Below are positions 24,948-37,065 of a DNA stretch of 60,000 bases, in pieces. The notes under the pieces are model-generated. The model had not been told where the DNA came from. It worked only from the letters and a program-made list of their open reading frames with translations, and ran no database searches. Location of the stretch: contig CM052816.1 of assembly GCA_028534125.1 (NCBI GenBank), forward strand, positions 100,752,001 through 100,812,000. Direction: 5' to 3'. The stretch is from Lama glama (lineage: Eukaryota). Both the position numbers and the translations under genes were made by a program. How positions within the stretch are numbered: the stretch's first letter is position 1; the number at the start of each line of letters is the position of its first letter.

Positions 24948-27900
24948 GGGCCCCGGCCAGAAGAGCCTAGTCTAGGGGCCCAGGGGCTCTGTCCAGGTGT
25001 GTCCTGCCCCGCAGGTGCGGGGAGCATCTCCAGCAGGTGGACTGGAGGGCCAGCTCCTCCTCTCAAGTTATCCGTTCACTTGAGTTGAGAGGATGAGTCC
25101 GTGGGAAGAAGATCTCAGGGCTGTGGGGTTATAGACAAACGTGAGACTGTGACTCTTCCCCTGAAGGCTCCGAAGTTCCAGGAAGCGCTGCCCCGCGCCT
25201 CCTCCTGAAGGTGCGCTGTGGGCCACATCACGTTCTTTGCAAGTTACGGAGCCAGGTAGGTGCACCAGCCTCTGCAGGATGGTGGACCCACTCCTCTCGC
25301 AGAGTCTCTCCACCCTCCTTCGTGAAGCTCAAGGTGTCTCTTCTCAGGCTGAAAGCTCCAGCCCAGGGAGAGCACGGCACAGTGAGAGCTGTTGGCTCCA
25401 GCGCACGGGCCACCAGACGGGGAGCCCATCCCCGTGTTGGGGCCAGAAGGTGGGCGATGGAGACCAGGGGGAGGACCTGCTCCTGGACCCTGCTTTCTCC
25501 CTGGCCCTGCGGGGGAAGCTTTGTGCCCTAGGCCCCTGTTGATGAGACGGTTTTATTTAGGGACCCAGGTTGGGATGTCTCCCTGGCCGGCTCACAGGAG
25601 CTGAGGAAAGCCCCTCCCCGGGGCCGCCCCGTCTCAGCAGCAGGGCTGTCTGCTCTGTGCCCCCGGCCGGTCTCCGGCCCTGCCCCGTGCCTGCCCAGTG
25701 GCCGTCCTCTCCCCCCGGGAACGCCCTCACCCGCCCGCAGCCGGAACTGACGGGGTCGCATGGCCCGACCAGAGGCCCAGGCTGAGGGGTCCCCCACTTC
25801 CCTGCAGGAGAGCAGGAGCAGCAGACCCCTCGGCTGGAGCAGGCTTCGGGCATCGGAGGGCTGCCCGCCTCCATCAGGTCCTGGTGCGGCATCAGGCAGA
25901 GGAGGCTGCCGACCGCGGGGACTGGCAGCATCTGGGGCGCCCTGTCCTGTGCCAGCGGTGGTTTAAGGATTGCAGCGGTGGGGTCTTCCCCTTGCCTTTG
26001 ACTGGACCACACCATTTGTGCCTTTACAGGAGCAGTCATGAGACTGTCAGACACAGGTGCAGGCACAGGGCCACCGCCTGCATGTCCCCAAGACCAGAGG
26101 GGAGGACGGGACAGAGACCTCTGCTTGTCATTTTGTCCACCTGCGTCTCAGGGTTGGCGTCCGTGCTCTGCATCAACGGGGCCCACAGCCGTCCCCTGGG
26201 GACGTCGAGCCAGTGTCCATGAGAGCCGTCTCTGCTGCCTGCCACGTGGTGTCCACCCCGACCTCGGTGAACGCCGTCACCCAGTCCCGGGCGAGGCGTC
26301 GTCTGGTCCAGCCTGGACCCCCCACCCAGGGCTCAAGCCTGACTCACTCGGAAGCCTGCAGGGCGTGGACGACAGATGAAACACTGTCGTCGCTGTTGCG
26401 TCTTAAGGTCACTTGTAGCAGCTCAGTCTTTACAGTAAAGAGCGCCTCCCCCAAAACGGCGATGACCGACTGTCAAAACTGAAGGAACCATCTTCCAGGG
26501 GGTCTTTTGCCGGGACAACAGACGGCTTCTCTTTCCATTTTTTTTCCTGCTATAATTTCAGACTTGGACACAAATCTCTATAGCACATCTCAAGAACCAG
26601 ACCATTTTTTAAATTAATTTTTAATAATGTGTAATAATCTGAGTGGCCCTGGTCTGTGTGCAGAATTAGAATTCCTCTGATAGAAAGAGAAATATTTGTG
26701 CAGAGTTTTATGAGCAGAGTTGACCTGAGGCTGACGGAGAAATTGCAGGTCAGGCTGCTTCTTAACCCTTTCCTGCTCAGCCAGCCTCTGCTCCGTTTCC
26801 CCGCTCTCGGCCGAGCGTCGAGCGGCTGCGGTTTTATTAGACAGATGGAGGCGGAGAAGGCAGCTTCTAGATGTTATAAGAAAGACTCTGAAATTGAACA
26901 CAGGCTTTATTTAAACTGCCCAGAGACCGTGAGGTCACAGGTCGAAGCTTCCATGCCGCCCGGCGCAGAACTCAGCTCCGTCAAAGGTCACGCGGGGAAA
27001 ACGCGATGTGCCTGCTCTTTGCTCCGACTCGGGTGAGGACCGGCACCGTGTCCCCTGCCCCAGGCACAGTCGGCCGGGGTCCTGTCACTTGGACCGTGGG
27101 GGTGGTTCACAAAGTGGAGGGTCCTCGTCACAGCAACGGGGCGGGCTGGTGGCCCTCCTTTTCCGAGCTGGGTCACGGGGCCGGGGCCGGGGGAAGAAGA
27201 GTATTTACGCTCCCCTGAAATGAAGGGCCGCGAGGCCCTGGCAGCCGTCACCCCACGTTAACCTCCGTCCACCGACAGCTGATCCCCTGCCCTCGCTCTG
27301 CTGCGACAACTGTGGTCTTATGATTCCCGGTGACTCTGAAACAGAGTGCACGTCTCAAAAGTGTTCTTCCCAAAACCGGGTTGAAGAGGAATTTCCCTCC
27401 AGCCCCCGACCCCCAAGGGCAGAAGCAGACCTAGAGCCATAGCTATGGAGCTCTGAAGGAGGTGCCAGAGGGGGTTCCCCTCTCTCTGCGGCCGTTCGCC
27501 GAGGTCCCTTTGGGCCGCAGCGGCCCGCCTGCGAGCACCGTTTCTCGTGACGATCGCGGAGTGCTGCTGGCGTTATCAAAAAGAGCGCTCTTCTCGGTGA
27601 AAGTCTGAAACAAAAGAACACCCCGTGTGTGACCTTGGAAAGCGCCCCTTGGCTTTCGGGCTGCGCCCTGGGGCGGATCGTATAAACGCGCTTGTCAGCC
27701 AGGCATCTAAGGTGATCCCACTTTATCCTGCCCGCCCACAGTAACCAGCGAGTTCACAGCAGTGGCTGTTCTTTGCTGGAAACAAAACCATGGGGCCCTG
27801 GAAAGTGGTAGGTTTGCCTGTTTCAGGAGGGAGATGCACTGAATTCCGTCCCCTTGTGCTGAATGCTTATGGCAACACCTTCGCTGGCCTCGCGGGGCGC

Positions 27901-30900
27901 CCGCCACATGCACACGAGGACCCGAGCCTGGCTCTTCCGGCTGCTGCGGGCGCCCCGCACGCGCTCCACCCCGGGAGTTGGCCGGTTGGCCTCCCTTGGT
28001 TCTGCGGTTCGTCACCTTTCCACGTAACCTCCCTCGGCCTAGAAGTGTAAACCGGGAGCTTATCCACCATCCACACCGTATGATGCCTCTCTGTACGTGT
28101 CCCCCTCCAAGGCCACGAGCTCGCTGGAGCAGCAGGACCTTGGAGACACTGTGACATGTGGTGACCCCAAGCCCTGCTGCCCCCCAGGCCTCCAGGCTCT
28201 CCTGCCTCCTCCCTGGTCGAACCGAACAGGAAGCTGTGGGAGGTCTGGACGCACAGGAGGAAAAAGCTGCCCCAGGGAACCTTTCTCCTCTGGCCGGAGG
28301 AAGAGGCCCCGGGCACGCCATTCCTTTGCTGAACCTTACCAGGGAGTTCAAACACTTGCAGTTGCTTGAGTTCAAACTTGTCTGTAAAAGCTTTGAAATG
28401 TCAGTTTAAAAGGTCTAATGATCATTGAAAGCATTTTTTTTTAACTAAAATGTACCTTGTAAGAGGGAGCCTGCTGTGAGGGAGCAGAACCACCATATGT
28501 AAAGAGCACAGGGCTCCAATGTGGAGAATCGGGGTCTCAGGGATCCGCTTCCAAATACAGATTTCTTTCCCCAGAACCACTCTGTGCCCTCTGGCAATGA
28601 TTTGTGTCTCAATTTGAAAACCATCTAATGTAAAACTAAAACATTCCCCAGGAACGAGTGGCCACAAAAAAACTTTTTAAAACAAGGAGCTCATAACGAA
28701 TGAGCATTGTTGTGTTGAAACGTGATTGCTTCAAATTGCTTCCCAAACATGAGCTAAATTTATAAAAACCTAACAGGAATTCATTCAGTAAAACTGAAGC
28801 GAAGCTCTTATTTCCAGGACATTTTTGTTCTGGTTTTGGAAATGTCATTGTTTCAACATCACCAGTGTTAAGTTTTTGAGGGTCTGCTCTGAGTGGGGTG
28901 GGTTTCCAGGGCTCAAGCACCTGCAAGTGTCTTGAATAACTTCAGCCACAGAGATCACAGCAGAGACGAGTCACACCCGTGTGCCACCCCTGATTTACGA
29001 ATCTGCCGTGTGATTAACAGCAGTGCCTCGTGGCCTTACGAAAATGCAATAGCTTATCAGAGAGCTTTCCTCAAAACAGCATACAGATGTGAAAGCAAAT
29101 TCAAGTCATGTTTCATCTTGCAAGAGTTTGAAATTTTAAAGTAGAACTTGAATATGACAACAGCTTTTTAAAAAGTGCCCACTATCAAACTTTCTTATTT
29201 ACAATAAAATAAAAAATTTCCCTTAAGAAAAGAACAACAGAACTTTAAACCGAAAATTAAAGGACCGTGAATAGAGTAGGCCAGGCACAGACGCTGGGGA
29301 ACTCCCTTGTAGGTACGTTTTGGGTGCAAGTTTATGAGACACAGCGAGGAAGATGTAATTGTAAAATCCAATGACCGTCCGTTCCTCTGGCCGCGTCCAG
29401 TGTGGCTGCTGTCCCCCTGTAGTGACAGCCCTGACTGGGACTCAACGGGAGAATCCCAGAGCCTCCTGCCGGCCCCGGGAGGAGGGGGTGCTTTGGGGGG
29501 TTAAATCGGGGTCAGGTCTGGGATCTCCTAACCAGTGTTCTTCTGAAGGGGGCAATGCTGTTCCTCCAGAAATGCTCTCCCGCGCACGCCATCCTCACTT
29601 CCGGACAAGAAAGGGCAGGAGCGCACCTCCCTCCGCGCCCCCGCCAGCAGGCCGGTGACCCTGAGCAGCCCCAGGGAGACGGGCTGGTGCCCAGCAGTGG
29701 GAAACAGAGACACCTGCTGGCGGAGCCCCGGGCCCTGCTCTGTGCTCTGTGCCCGCCTGGTCAGGCATTTTGAAGTTGTTCCGGGCCCTGAACCAGAGCG
29801 GGACACGGAGTTTCACACACAGAGCCTGCTGCGAATTCTAGGGGATGCGGTTCCCCAAAGCTGTGCTCCAGGGAGCCGGGCCGTGGACCAGGAGGCAGAG
29901 CTCACGTGGGGAGGGCGGGGTCGATACGTGACCCGGACTGCGCCTGGCCAGCTCTGTTTCCGTGTGTGCCCTCCACCGTGGGCTTGCATTCACGGACGGA
30001 TTACGGGCACAGGCCACCAAAGTGTCACTGAAATTGCTTTGTGAACAGAGACCAGGCTCAGCGTTTGCATCTTGGGGACGCCACCGCCCGGGGCCTGGGG
30101 GTGGGGCTGAAGTCCACACTGGCTCTGGGGAAGCCGCTCTACAGTCAGCCCTTTCCCGGTCTGGCCTGTGTCACAGCAGGGTGGGCCTCGCAGCTTCTGT
30201 GGTTCTTTGCTGGTTTTGGTCCCGATTCTGAGCCACACTGGCAGCGACCAGAGCAAAGCTTTCGGACACTCTGGCGGGGTGCCCACTGTGGGCACGGGCC
30301 GCCTGCGTGTTTTACTTCACTGACTGCTCCCTTTGCTGTGCCGTCTGGTCCATACCATGCAAGCAGGCTGGGGGGATGGGGTGCAGAGCCCCCAACCCTG
30401 CAGGCATCAGATGGAGCTCTTGGGGTCTGAGCACGCCAGCGGGCTGCTGGGCGACCTAGAGGCCGGAGCGTGATGGGGGCACAATGGCGGTGGTGTCCCC
30501 CTCCCTCCCCGCCCTGCCTGGGAGCCCCGGCCCACTCGCCTTTATGTGGGCGCCCTGTCTCCAGGGGCCGTCACCAGGCAGGGACAACACCCCACTCTCC
30601 GGGAGGGACACTTCAGCCGCTCATCCTCGATTCCCCCCTAAAACTGCAAAGCTTCAGCCCGAGCTCCCAGGAACTGAGGTAGATTCCAAACAGAAGAGGA
30701 CGGGCTCCTGCCACCCGCCCCTCCCCGGGGGCCAAGGTGACACCAGCCGGACGGGTCCCTGCAGACAGGCAGCCCTCACGCCGGCTGTCACCTCTGGGGC
30801 CGGGATGGGGCAGTGGCCGCCCGCACTGGTCTGATGGTTGAAATGTGTGCTGGGTTCACGTGGAACAATGGCTCCCAGAGAAAATGAAGCACCCCGCCGA

Positions 30901-31084
30901 GGTTCTGAGCTGTGAGAAGAGCCCCGTTTGGGCGCCGGCTCCCTGAATAGACTTGTTAAAGACCGTGGCTGATGCGGGCTGAGTGGGCGGGCGGGGAGGC
31001 GGCCCCTCGTGAGCCGGGCTGGCCGGCCGGCTCCTCTGGAGGCAAAGCCGAAGCCAAACTCGGCCCCCTCCTCTGCTTTTTTTT

Positions 31085-31262
31085 TCCATCTCTGCCATGC
31101 AAAGATAATCAGGTTTATGTAAAGTATGTGTGCTCTTTTGACAGCCCGCGGTATCTCATTAATTCAATCACACCAAACGCCATTGTCCCCGAGTGTTTGA
31201 AATGCGGATGGGGACCCGCTTTCTGGTCCTGTCAATCACTGCTAACATTTTTCTTGCAGTTG
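31085..31262. promoter_or_regulatory. Candidate enhancer with PBX-MEIS/PREP, MEIS, SOX and homeodomain motifs
   Basis: Unique AT-rich island with CTGTCAATCA (reverse complement TGATTGACAG) at 31229-31238, TGACAG at 31139-31144, CATTAATT at about 31157 and CATTGT at 31181-31186. Motif-only evidence. Confidence 0.4.
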
Positions 31263-32429
31263 CCATGGCTGGGGCCAGAGTTCATGAAAACACAGAATAA
31301 GAGCCAACAAAACAAGAATAAAGACTTATTTGAGATACTCTTTTTAAAGGACATCGACCGTCCACAAAACATGGGAAGTGAGTGTAGGCAGTTTTGGACA
31401 CTATGCTTGCTGGGAGGAAAAAGGGTAGAAAGAATTTGAAAATCAAATAGGCCTATAAAAACTTGACCCAAGAGTCTCTGGGAAAAACCCAATGAATCGC
31501 TCCCTCGCAGAACAATGTTCTTTCTTTCGTGTGTTCTTCAGAGGGACAATGCCTCATATATTATAACACATGCCACTGGGGTCTTTACACTGTTGTAAGC
31601 GGCTCAGGCCGGCGGAATGCCGAGAGGCGACAAGGGATGGTGTGCCCGTGACGCGCTCTTTCTCCAGCTCCGCCAAAAACAAGCACTGGGAAAATTATTC
31701 ATGCGTAGAGGCCCACAAAGCCGGGATGGAGGTTGGCGATGTCACACAGGGAGATCATGTGACACGCTTAGAAAAGGGACAACACGCCTTCACCCCGAGA
31801 CGTTGTTAAACTCCCATTTGGGCTGCGTGAGTGTGCCCGCCGCCAAGGGGCCGTGGCGTTCCGGGATGCCATGCGGATGAGGGAGACCACGGGGCGCACC
31901 CGGACAGGCCTCCCACGTCTGGGTGATGGGGACCTGCCCTCGGCCCTGTCCAGGCTCCTCCCACCCCAGCCCCTGCGCCCCCACCCCCCCAGAGACACAC
32001 TGCGGGGTCTGCTCTCCCCGAGAGCGCAGGTCCTGGAGTGGGTGTGCGGCTGCCCCGGGCTCAGCTCAGAGGGGGCGCCCGGGCTGACACGGGGGTCCCT
32101 CCTGCTGGCCTCGCTCTTCTGTCTGGGAAGAGCAGGCAACGTGTTGGAAGGCAGTTTGATTTTAAGGTGATTTATACACTCTTTTCGTGTTCATCTCTCT
32201 TTTTTCTATCAGAGGCAACTTGTGTCTTGAATTGGGGAAGCCCCTTCTGACAAAGTCCTGGTCCCACCGGGCAGAGACCTAGCGTCCCCTGGGGCCCACA
32301 CACAGCCCGCAGCCGGGCTTCTGGTGATGGTGCTCCGTGGTCACGATTAGACCTCAGGACCGCCTCCCACGGGTCAAAACGTCAAACAGGGACGGAAACT
32401 CAGCGTGGCCCACCCTCCCCACTGCCAGC

Positions 32430-32940
32430 ACTCCCCACGGCTCCATCCTCTTGCATCTGGGTTCAGGCACAAGGCCCCCGGCACCTGTGCTCCGCCCTGG
32501 CCCCTCAGCCCATCCTCCATCCTCCTGGTGTGTCAAGGCTCCAGACCTCGTGGTGGCCAGGGTCGCTCCATGTCAGAAGCCCGGGTCCCTCAGGTGCCCC
32601 CAGACATGTCCCCGCCTCTCTGGCTGCATCTTCCAGGTCTCCCACCCTCTCCCTCACCCCCTCGGGCCACCTGCCCCCTGGGACCCCCTGTGGCCCTTCA
32701 TAGCCGTGTCTCCCGTCGCTTGGAGCAAGCTCCCCGGAGAAACACCAGCCCAGCTTCCTGCTCCCTGAGGCTCTACCCAAGCCAGGGCTCCTGCCCTGCC
32801 GAGCTCCCTCCTCTGTGTGCATCCTCCTTGCGCTGGGGCCTCTGCTCCCAGGGGCCCAGGCTGGTCGGGAAACTGCAGGAGGGCAGAGCCCCCATCCTGT
32901 TCCTTTCCTCTGGGGCTCGGGGCGCCCTGGGAGGCCTCTG
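32430..32940 (+). mobile_element. Degenerate L2 3' fragment
   Basis: C-rich L2-like layout ending in ggaaactgcaggagggcagagcccccatcctgttcc, resembling the L2 3' end. Confidence 0.45.
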
Positions 32941-33682
32941 GCTCGGCAGAGGGACCCTGGACAGTGCTTTGGGACTGTCTCCAGCAGTGACTGCAGACAG
33001 GCGCGGGGATGCTGTTGGCCCAGCCGCCCGTGGAATCCCTGCCAGGGAGGCAGTGTGGGGCACCTGCCCCCTAGGCTGGAGGAGGCTCAGACCAGCCTGT
33101 GCCCAGTCCCGACACGCTTGCTGCCCCCTCCCCTGGGGGTTACCTTGTCACCCACTCTGCACAGCTGCCAGATTCGGATCCGAGTGAAGTACAAATAGCC
33201 ACAGTCCTCAGTAAACTGTGTTTGTGCAAAAGGACAGACGGTCACAGCCACACGGGGCCCAGGGACAAACTGAGTCTCTTCTCCAGACCAAGGATGCTTT
33301 TGAACAATCTGACCCCGTGCCGTCTTCCGTCTGGGCTGCCTCACACTGTGACGTGGTGACACAGTCACATCCAGGGCTGTGGGTCTGTCCCCACTGGAAG
33401 CCCCTCCCCCTCCCCAGAGCACACTGAGCGTCCAGGCATCCTCTCCTTCATGGGTCGCACATGGCAACGTTCTCATCAGCGAGCTCTGTGCCGTTTGACC
33501 CTGGGCTCCTGAGGACGTGCCCTGCCCGGGGCGGCCCTGGAAGCAGCTCACCTGAGGACGACGCCTGTCTCCCAGGCATCTCTGGTCCCCCACAGCCACG
33601 TCCATGACATCTGTGCCCCTTCATAACTGCTCAGACACTTGCTTTTAGTTTTTTCCTGTTGAACAATTTTGGGGGGAAAAAA

Positions 33683-34182
33683 NNNNNNNNNNNNNNNNNN
33701 NNNNNNNNNNNNNNNNNNNNNNNNNNNNNNNNNNNNNNNNNNNNNNNNNNNNNNNNNNNNNNNNNNNNNNNNNNNNNNNNNNNNNNNNNNNNNNNNNNNN
33801 NNNNNNNNNNNNNNNNNNNNNNNNNNNNNNNNNNNNNNNNNNNNNNNNNNNNNNNNNNNNNNNNNNNNNNNNNNNNNNNNNNNNNNNNNNNNNNNNNNNN
33901 NNNNNNNNNNNNNNNNNNNNNNNNNNNNNNNNNNNNNNNNNNNNNNNNNNNNNNNNNNNNNNNNNNNNNNNNNNNNNNNNNNNNNNNNNNNNNNNNNNNN
34001 NNNNNNNNNNNNNNNNNNNNNNNNNNNNNNNNNNNNNNNNNNNNNNNNNNNNNNNNNNNNNNNNNNNNNNNNNNNNNNNNNNNNNNNNNNNNNNNNNNNN
34101 NNNNNNNNNNNNNNNNNNNNNNNNNNNNNNNNNNNNNNNNNNNNNNNNNNNNNNNNNNNNNNNNNNNNNNNNNNNNNNNNNN
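33683..34182. other. Assembly gap (500 N)
   Basis: Run of exactly 500 N. Confidence 1.
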
Positions 34183-35954
34183 CAGACCCGCGTGTTACAC
34201 ATGAGCTGTTCGTTTTGAGTTGAAACCAGTAACTGATCATTTCTAAACAAACTGGCTAGAAAATGCTGGTTTAAAGTAAAGCAGAATTTCTCAGACTTGT
34301 GTGCAACTGTAGTCACAAAGATGTCAGAAAAATAAAAGGGGCTGTAAGTCTATTAAAAATGGCAACAAAAAAATCTGCCAGGGAAGAAGGTTTAAATCAC
34401 AGAGGAAATCTGTAAAAGTCCCAGTAACTTTCAAGTCTCTATACATCGTTTATAACAAAACGTCTTAACCAGATTCCAGACTCTTCTCATCTGAAGATCC
34501 CAAAGCTCCATGACAATCCCTGCTGGGGACAGGGAACTGGGAGGTGTGGTCGGGGGGCACAGGGCCTCCTGGGCCTGGGGGTGTCCTGGGGCGCTCACCA
34601 GGGCGGGAAAGGCCTGATGCTCCCTCCTCCACGTACAGCAGGCCCAAGGGGCCCGGAGACCCCTCCCGGCTCTCAGGGTTGGTGGGGTCGGCACCTGAAA
34701 TCTGGTCTTTGCTTCCTAGTGTTCAACCCGAAAAGAACGAGAAGGAAACAGACATGGAATTAACGAAAAAGGAATCTCACCCGGGAACACAGGGGAAGGA
34801 CGCTCAAGGGCGCTGGGAACGAGGAGGTGGGTCTTGGAGCACCCTTAGTGGACCTCGGACGGGTCCTGGCCTTCTGTTTCAGCTACAGATTTTCTGATCG
34901 GTGTCCCGGCAAGTAGGCAGCTGGGAGCCAGGCAGACCAGGGCGAAACAGACAGACAGAGGTTTCCGGGACTGTTTGCTGGTGGGCCTGACACCCACGTC
35001 TCCTCCGTCTCAGAGAGCGGCCAGGGCTCCTTCGGGAGAAGGGAAGACCTGGCCCCATGCTTCCAGCCCCCGGGGCAGAGGCAGGAGTGACCGAGGTCGG
35101 CGTGAAGGCAGGTGCGCGTTTCCGCTCTCCACAGTGCCCGACCACCTGGAAGACCGACTTCAGCCAAGTCGGTCTGACGCTTCCAGAGTTTCCTGTCTTC
35201 TCCACCTGCCAGACAGAAGTGGCTCCAGTGCTTGAATCTGGACCTGAGCTCTGGGCAGGGGGCGGGGGGGGCGTGCAGCGTCCTGCCCCCTCTGTACGCC
35301 TCCTCTGACGAGTCCCCACTGGGCCCAACGCCTGATCAACACCAAATCTCCAGCTCCGTCCATCCGCCTGTGTCCCTCTCAGAGCAGAGCCCCTGCTGTC
35401 AGGGTCCCTGAGCATCTCGGGAGGACGTGGCCAGGAATGTCAGGAACTTGAAAGAGGCTCATCTATCTTGGAAGTGGGGTCTGGAACCACATGCCCGTCT
35501 CCCAGCAGGGTGACGCTAACACATCCCCTTTGCTACGGAGACACATGATTACAACTCAAGTTCTGCTACGTCTCTGCCATCCTCTGAATACTCTTCCAAA
35601 GAAACCAAGGCTGGTCCTGGGTGCCCCTTCCGGTGTCTGGGATCTGCCAGCTTTGAGTCAGACCTGCATGGAAGCAGAAGCAGCACTGGGGTGGCCAGAG
35701 AGAGGCCCCTCAGCCCTGGTATTCATCGCCACCTGTGTGTTCAGCTGCCCTGCTCGGAGCCCCTCTGCTGGCGGGGCTGCCCCCACCAGGGCCACAGGGC
35801 AGCGAGGCCCCTTGCACTCAGTGAATGAACGAGAGAGCCGTTCTCAAGTGCCCTCACCGAGCTGGCACCACTGAGTCCAGACCTTATTAACTGAGGAAGG
35901 AAGGCCTCTGTTGTTTCTCCAAGAGCATAAAGGAAGTAAGAAAGCTAGAGTCAT

Positions 35955-37065
35955 CTTTTTCACAGCAAAGAAACCATAAACAAAACAAAAGGACAACTTA
36001 AGACTGGGAGAAGATATTTGCAAATGATGTGACTGACAAGGGCTCAGTTTCCAAAATATACAAACAGGTCACACAACTCAATAACAAACAACCCAATCAA
36101 AAGATGCGCAAAAGACCTAAACAGACATTTCTCCAAAGAAAGCATCCAGATGGCCAATAGGCACATGAAAAGATGCTCAATATCACCAATTATCAGAGAA
36201 GTGCAAATCAAAACAACGAGGTATCACCTCACACCAGTCAGAATGGCCATCATTCACAAGTCCACAAATGACAAATGCTGGAGAGGCTGTGGAGAAAAGG
36301 GAACCCTCCTCCACTGCTGGTGGGAATGTAGTTTGGTGCAGCCACTGTGGAAAACAGTGTGGAGATTCCTCAAAAAACTAAAAATAGACTTACCCTATGA
36401 CCCAGGAATTCCACTCTTGGGAATGAATCCAGAAAAAACTCTAATTCAAAAAGACACCTGCACCCCAATGTTCATAGCAGAACTATTTACAATAGCCAAG
36501 ACATGGAAACAACCTAAATGTCCATCGACAGATGACTGGATAAAGAAGATGTGATATATTTATACAATGGAATATTACTCAGCCATAAAAAAGTAAAAAT
36601 AATGCCATTTGCTGCAACATGGATGGACCTGGAGATGGTCATTCTGAGTGAGGTAAGCCAGAGAGAGAAAGAAAAAATACCATGTGATATCACTCATACG
36701 TGGAATCTAAAAAACAAAGACAAGTGAACTTATTTACCAAACAGAAACAGATTCACAGACATAGAAAACAAACTTATGGTTGCCAAAGGCACAAAGGTGG
36801 GGAGGGATAAATTAGGAGTCTGGGATTAGCAGCTACAAACTACTGTACATAAAACAGATAAACAACAAGGTCCTACTGTGCAGCCCCAGGAACTGCATTC
36901 AATAGCTTGTAATAACACAGAATGAAAAAGAATCTGAACAGGAATACAAGTGGGTGTGGAACTGAATCACCATGTCTACAGCAGAGACTAACACAACATT
37001 GTGAGTCAACGCTACTTCCGTAAAAAATTACTAATAAATAAATAAATACAGACAAACAAATAGAC
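35955..37065 (+). mobile_element. 5'-truncated cetartiodactyl/camelid LINE-1 (about 1.1 kb: ORF2 C-terminus, 3'UTR, A-rich tail) with TSD
   Basis: Typical L1 3' sequence with a (TAAA)n tail. Candidate 14-bp TSD AGAAAGCTAGAGTC (35939-35952) / AGAAAACTAGAGTC (37066-37079), one mismatch. Confidence 0.96.
36150..36554 (+). pseudogene. L1 ORF2p C-terminal remnant (CCHC region)
   Basis: [10 protein letters not shown]...[18 protein letters not shown]...[10 protein letters not shown]...[16 protein letters not shown]; a premature TGA stands where Trp is expected (KKMW). Confidence 0.93.

Noticed and set aside
27355..27621. Minus-strand acceptor (tgttcttttgtttcag) followed by open frames
   Set aside because: No convincing donor and no recognisable protein in any frame.
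33548..34316. ORFs containing long X runs (also 10430-11270)
   Set aside because: Artefacts of translating through N gaps.
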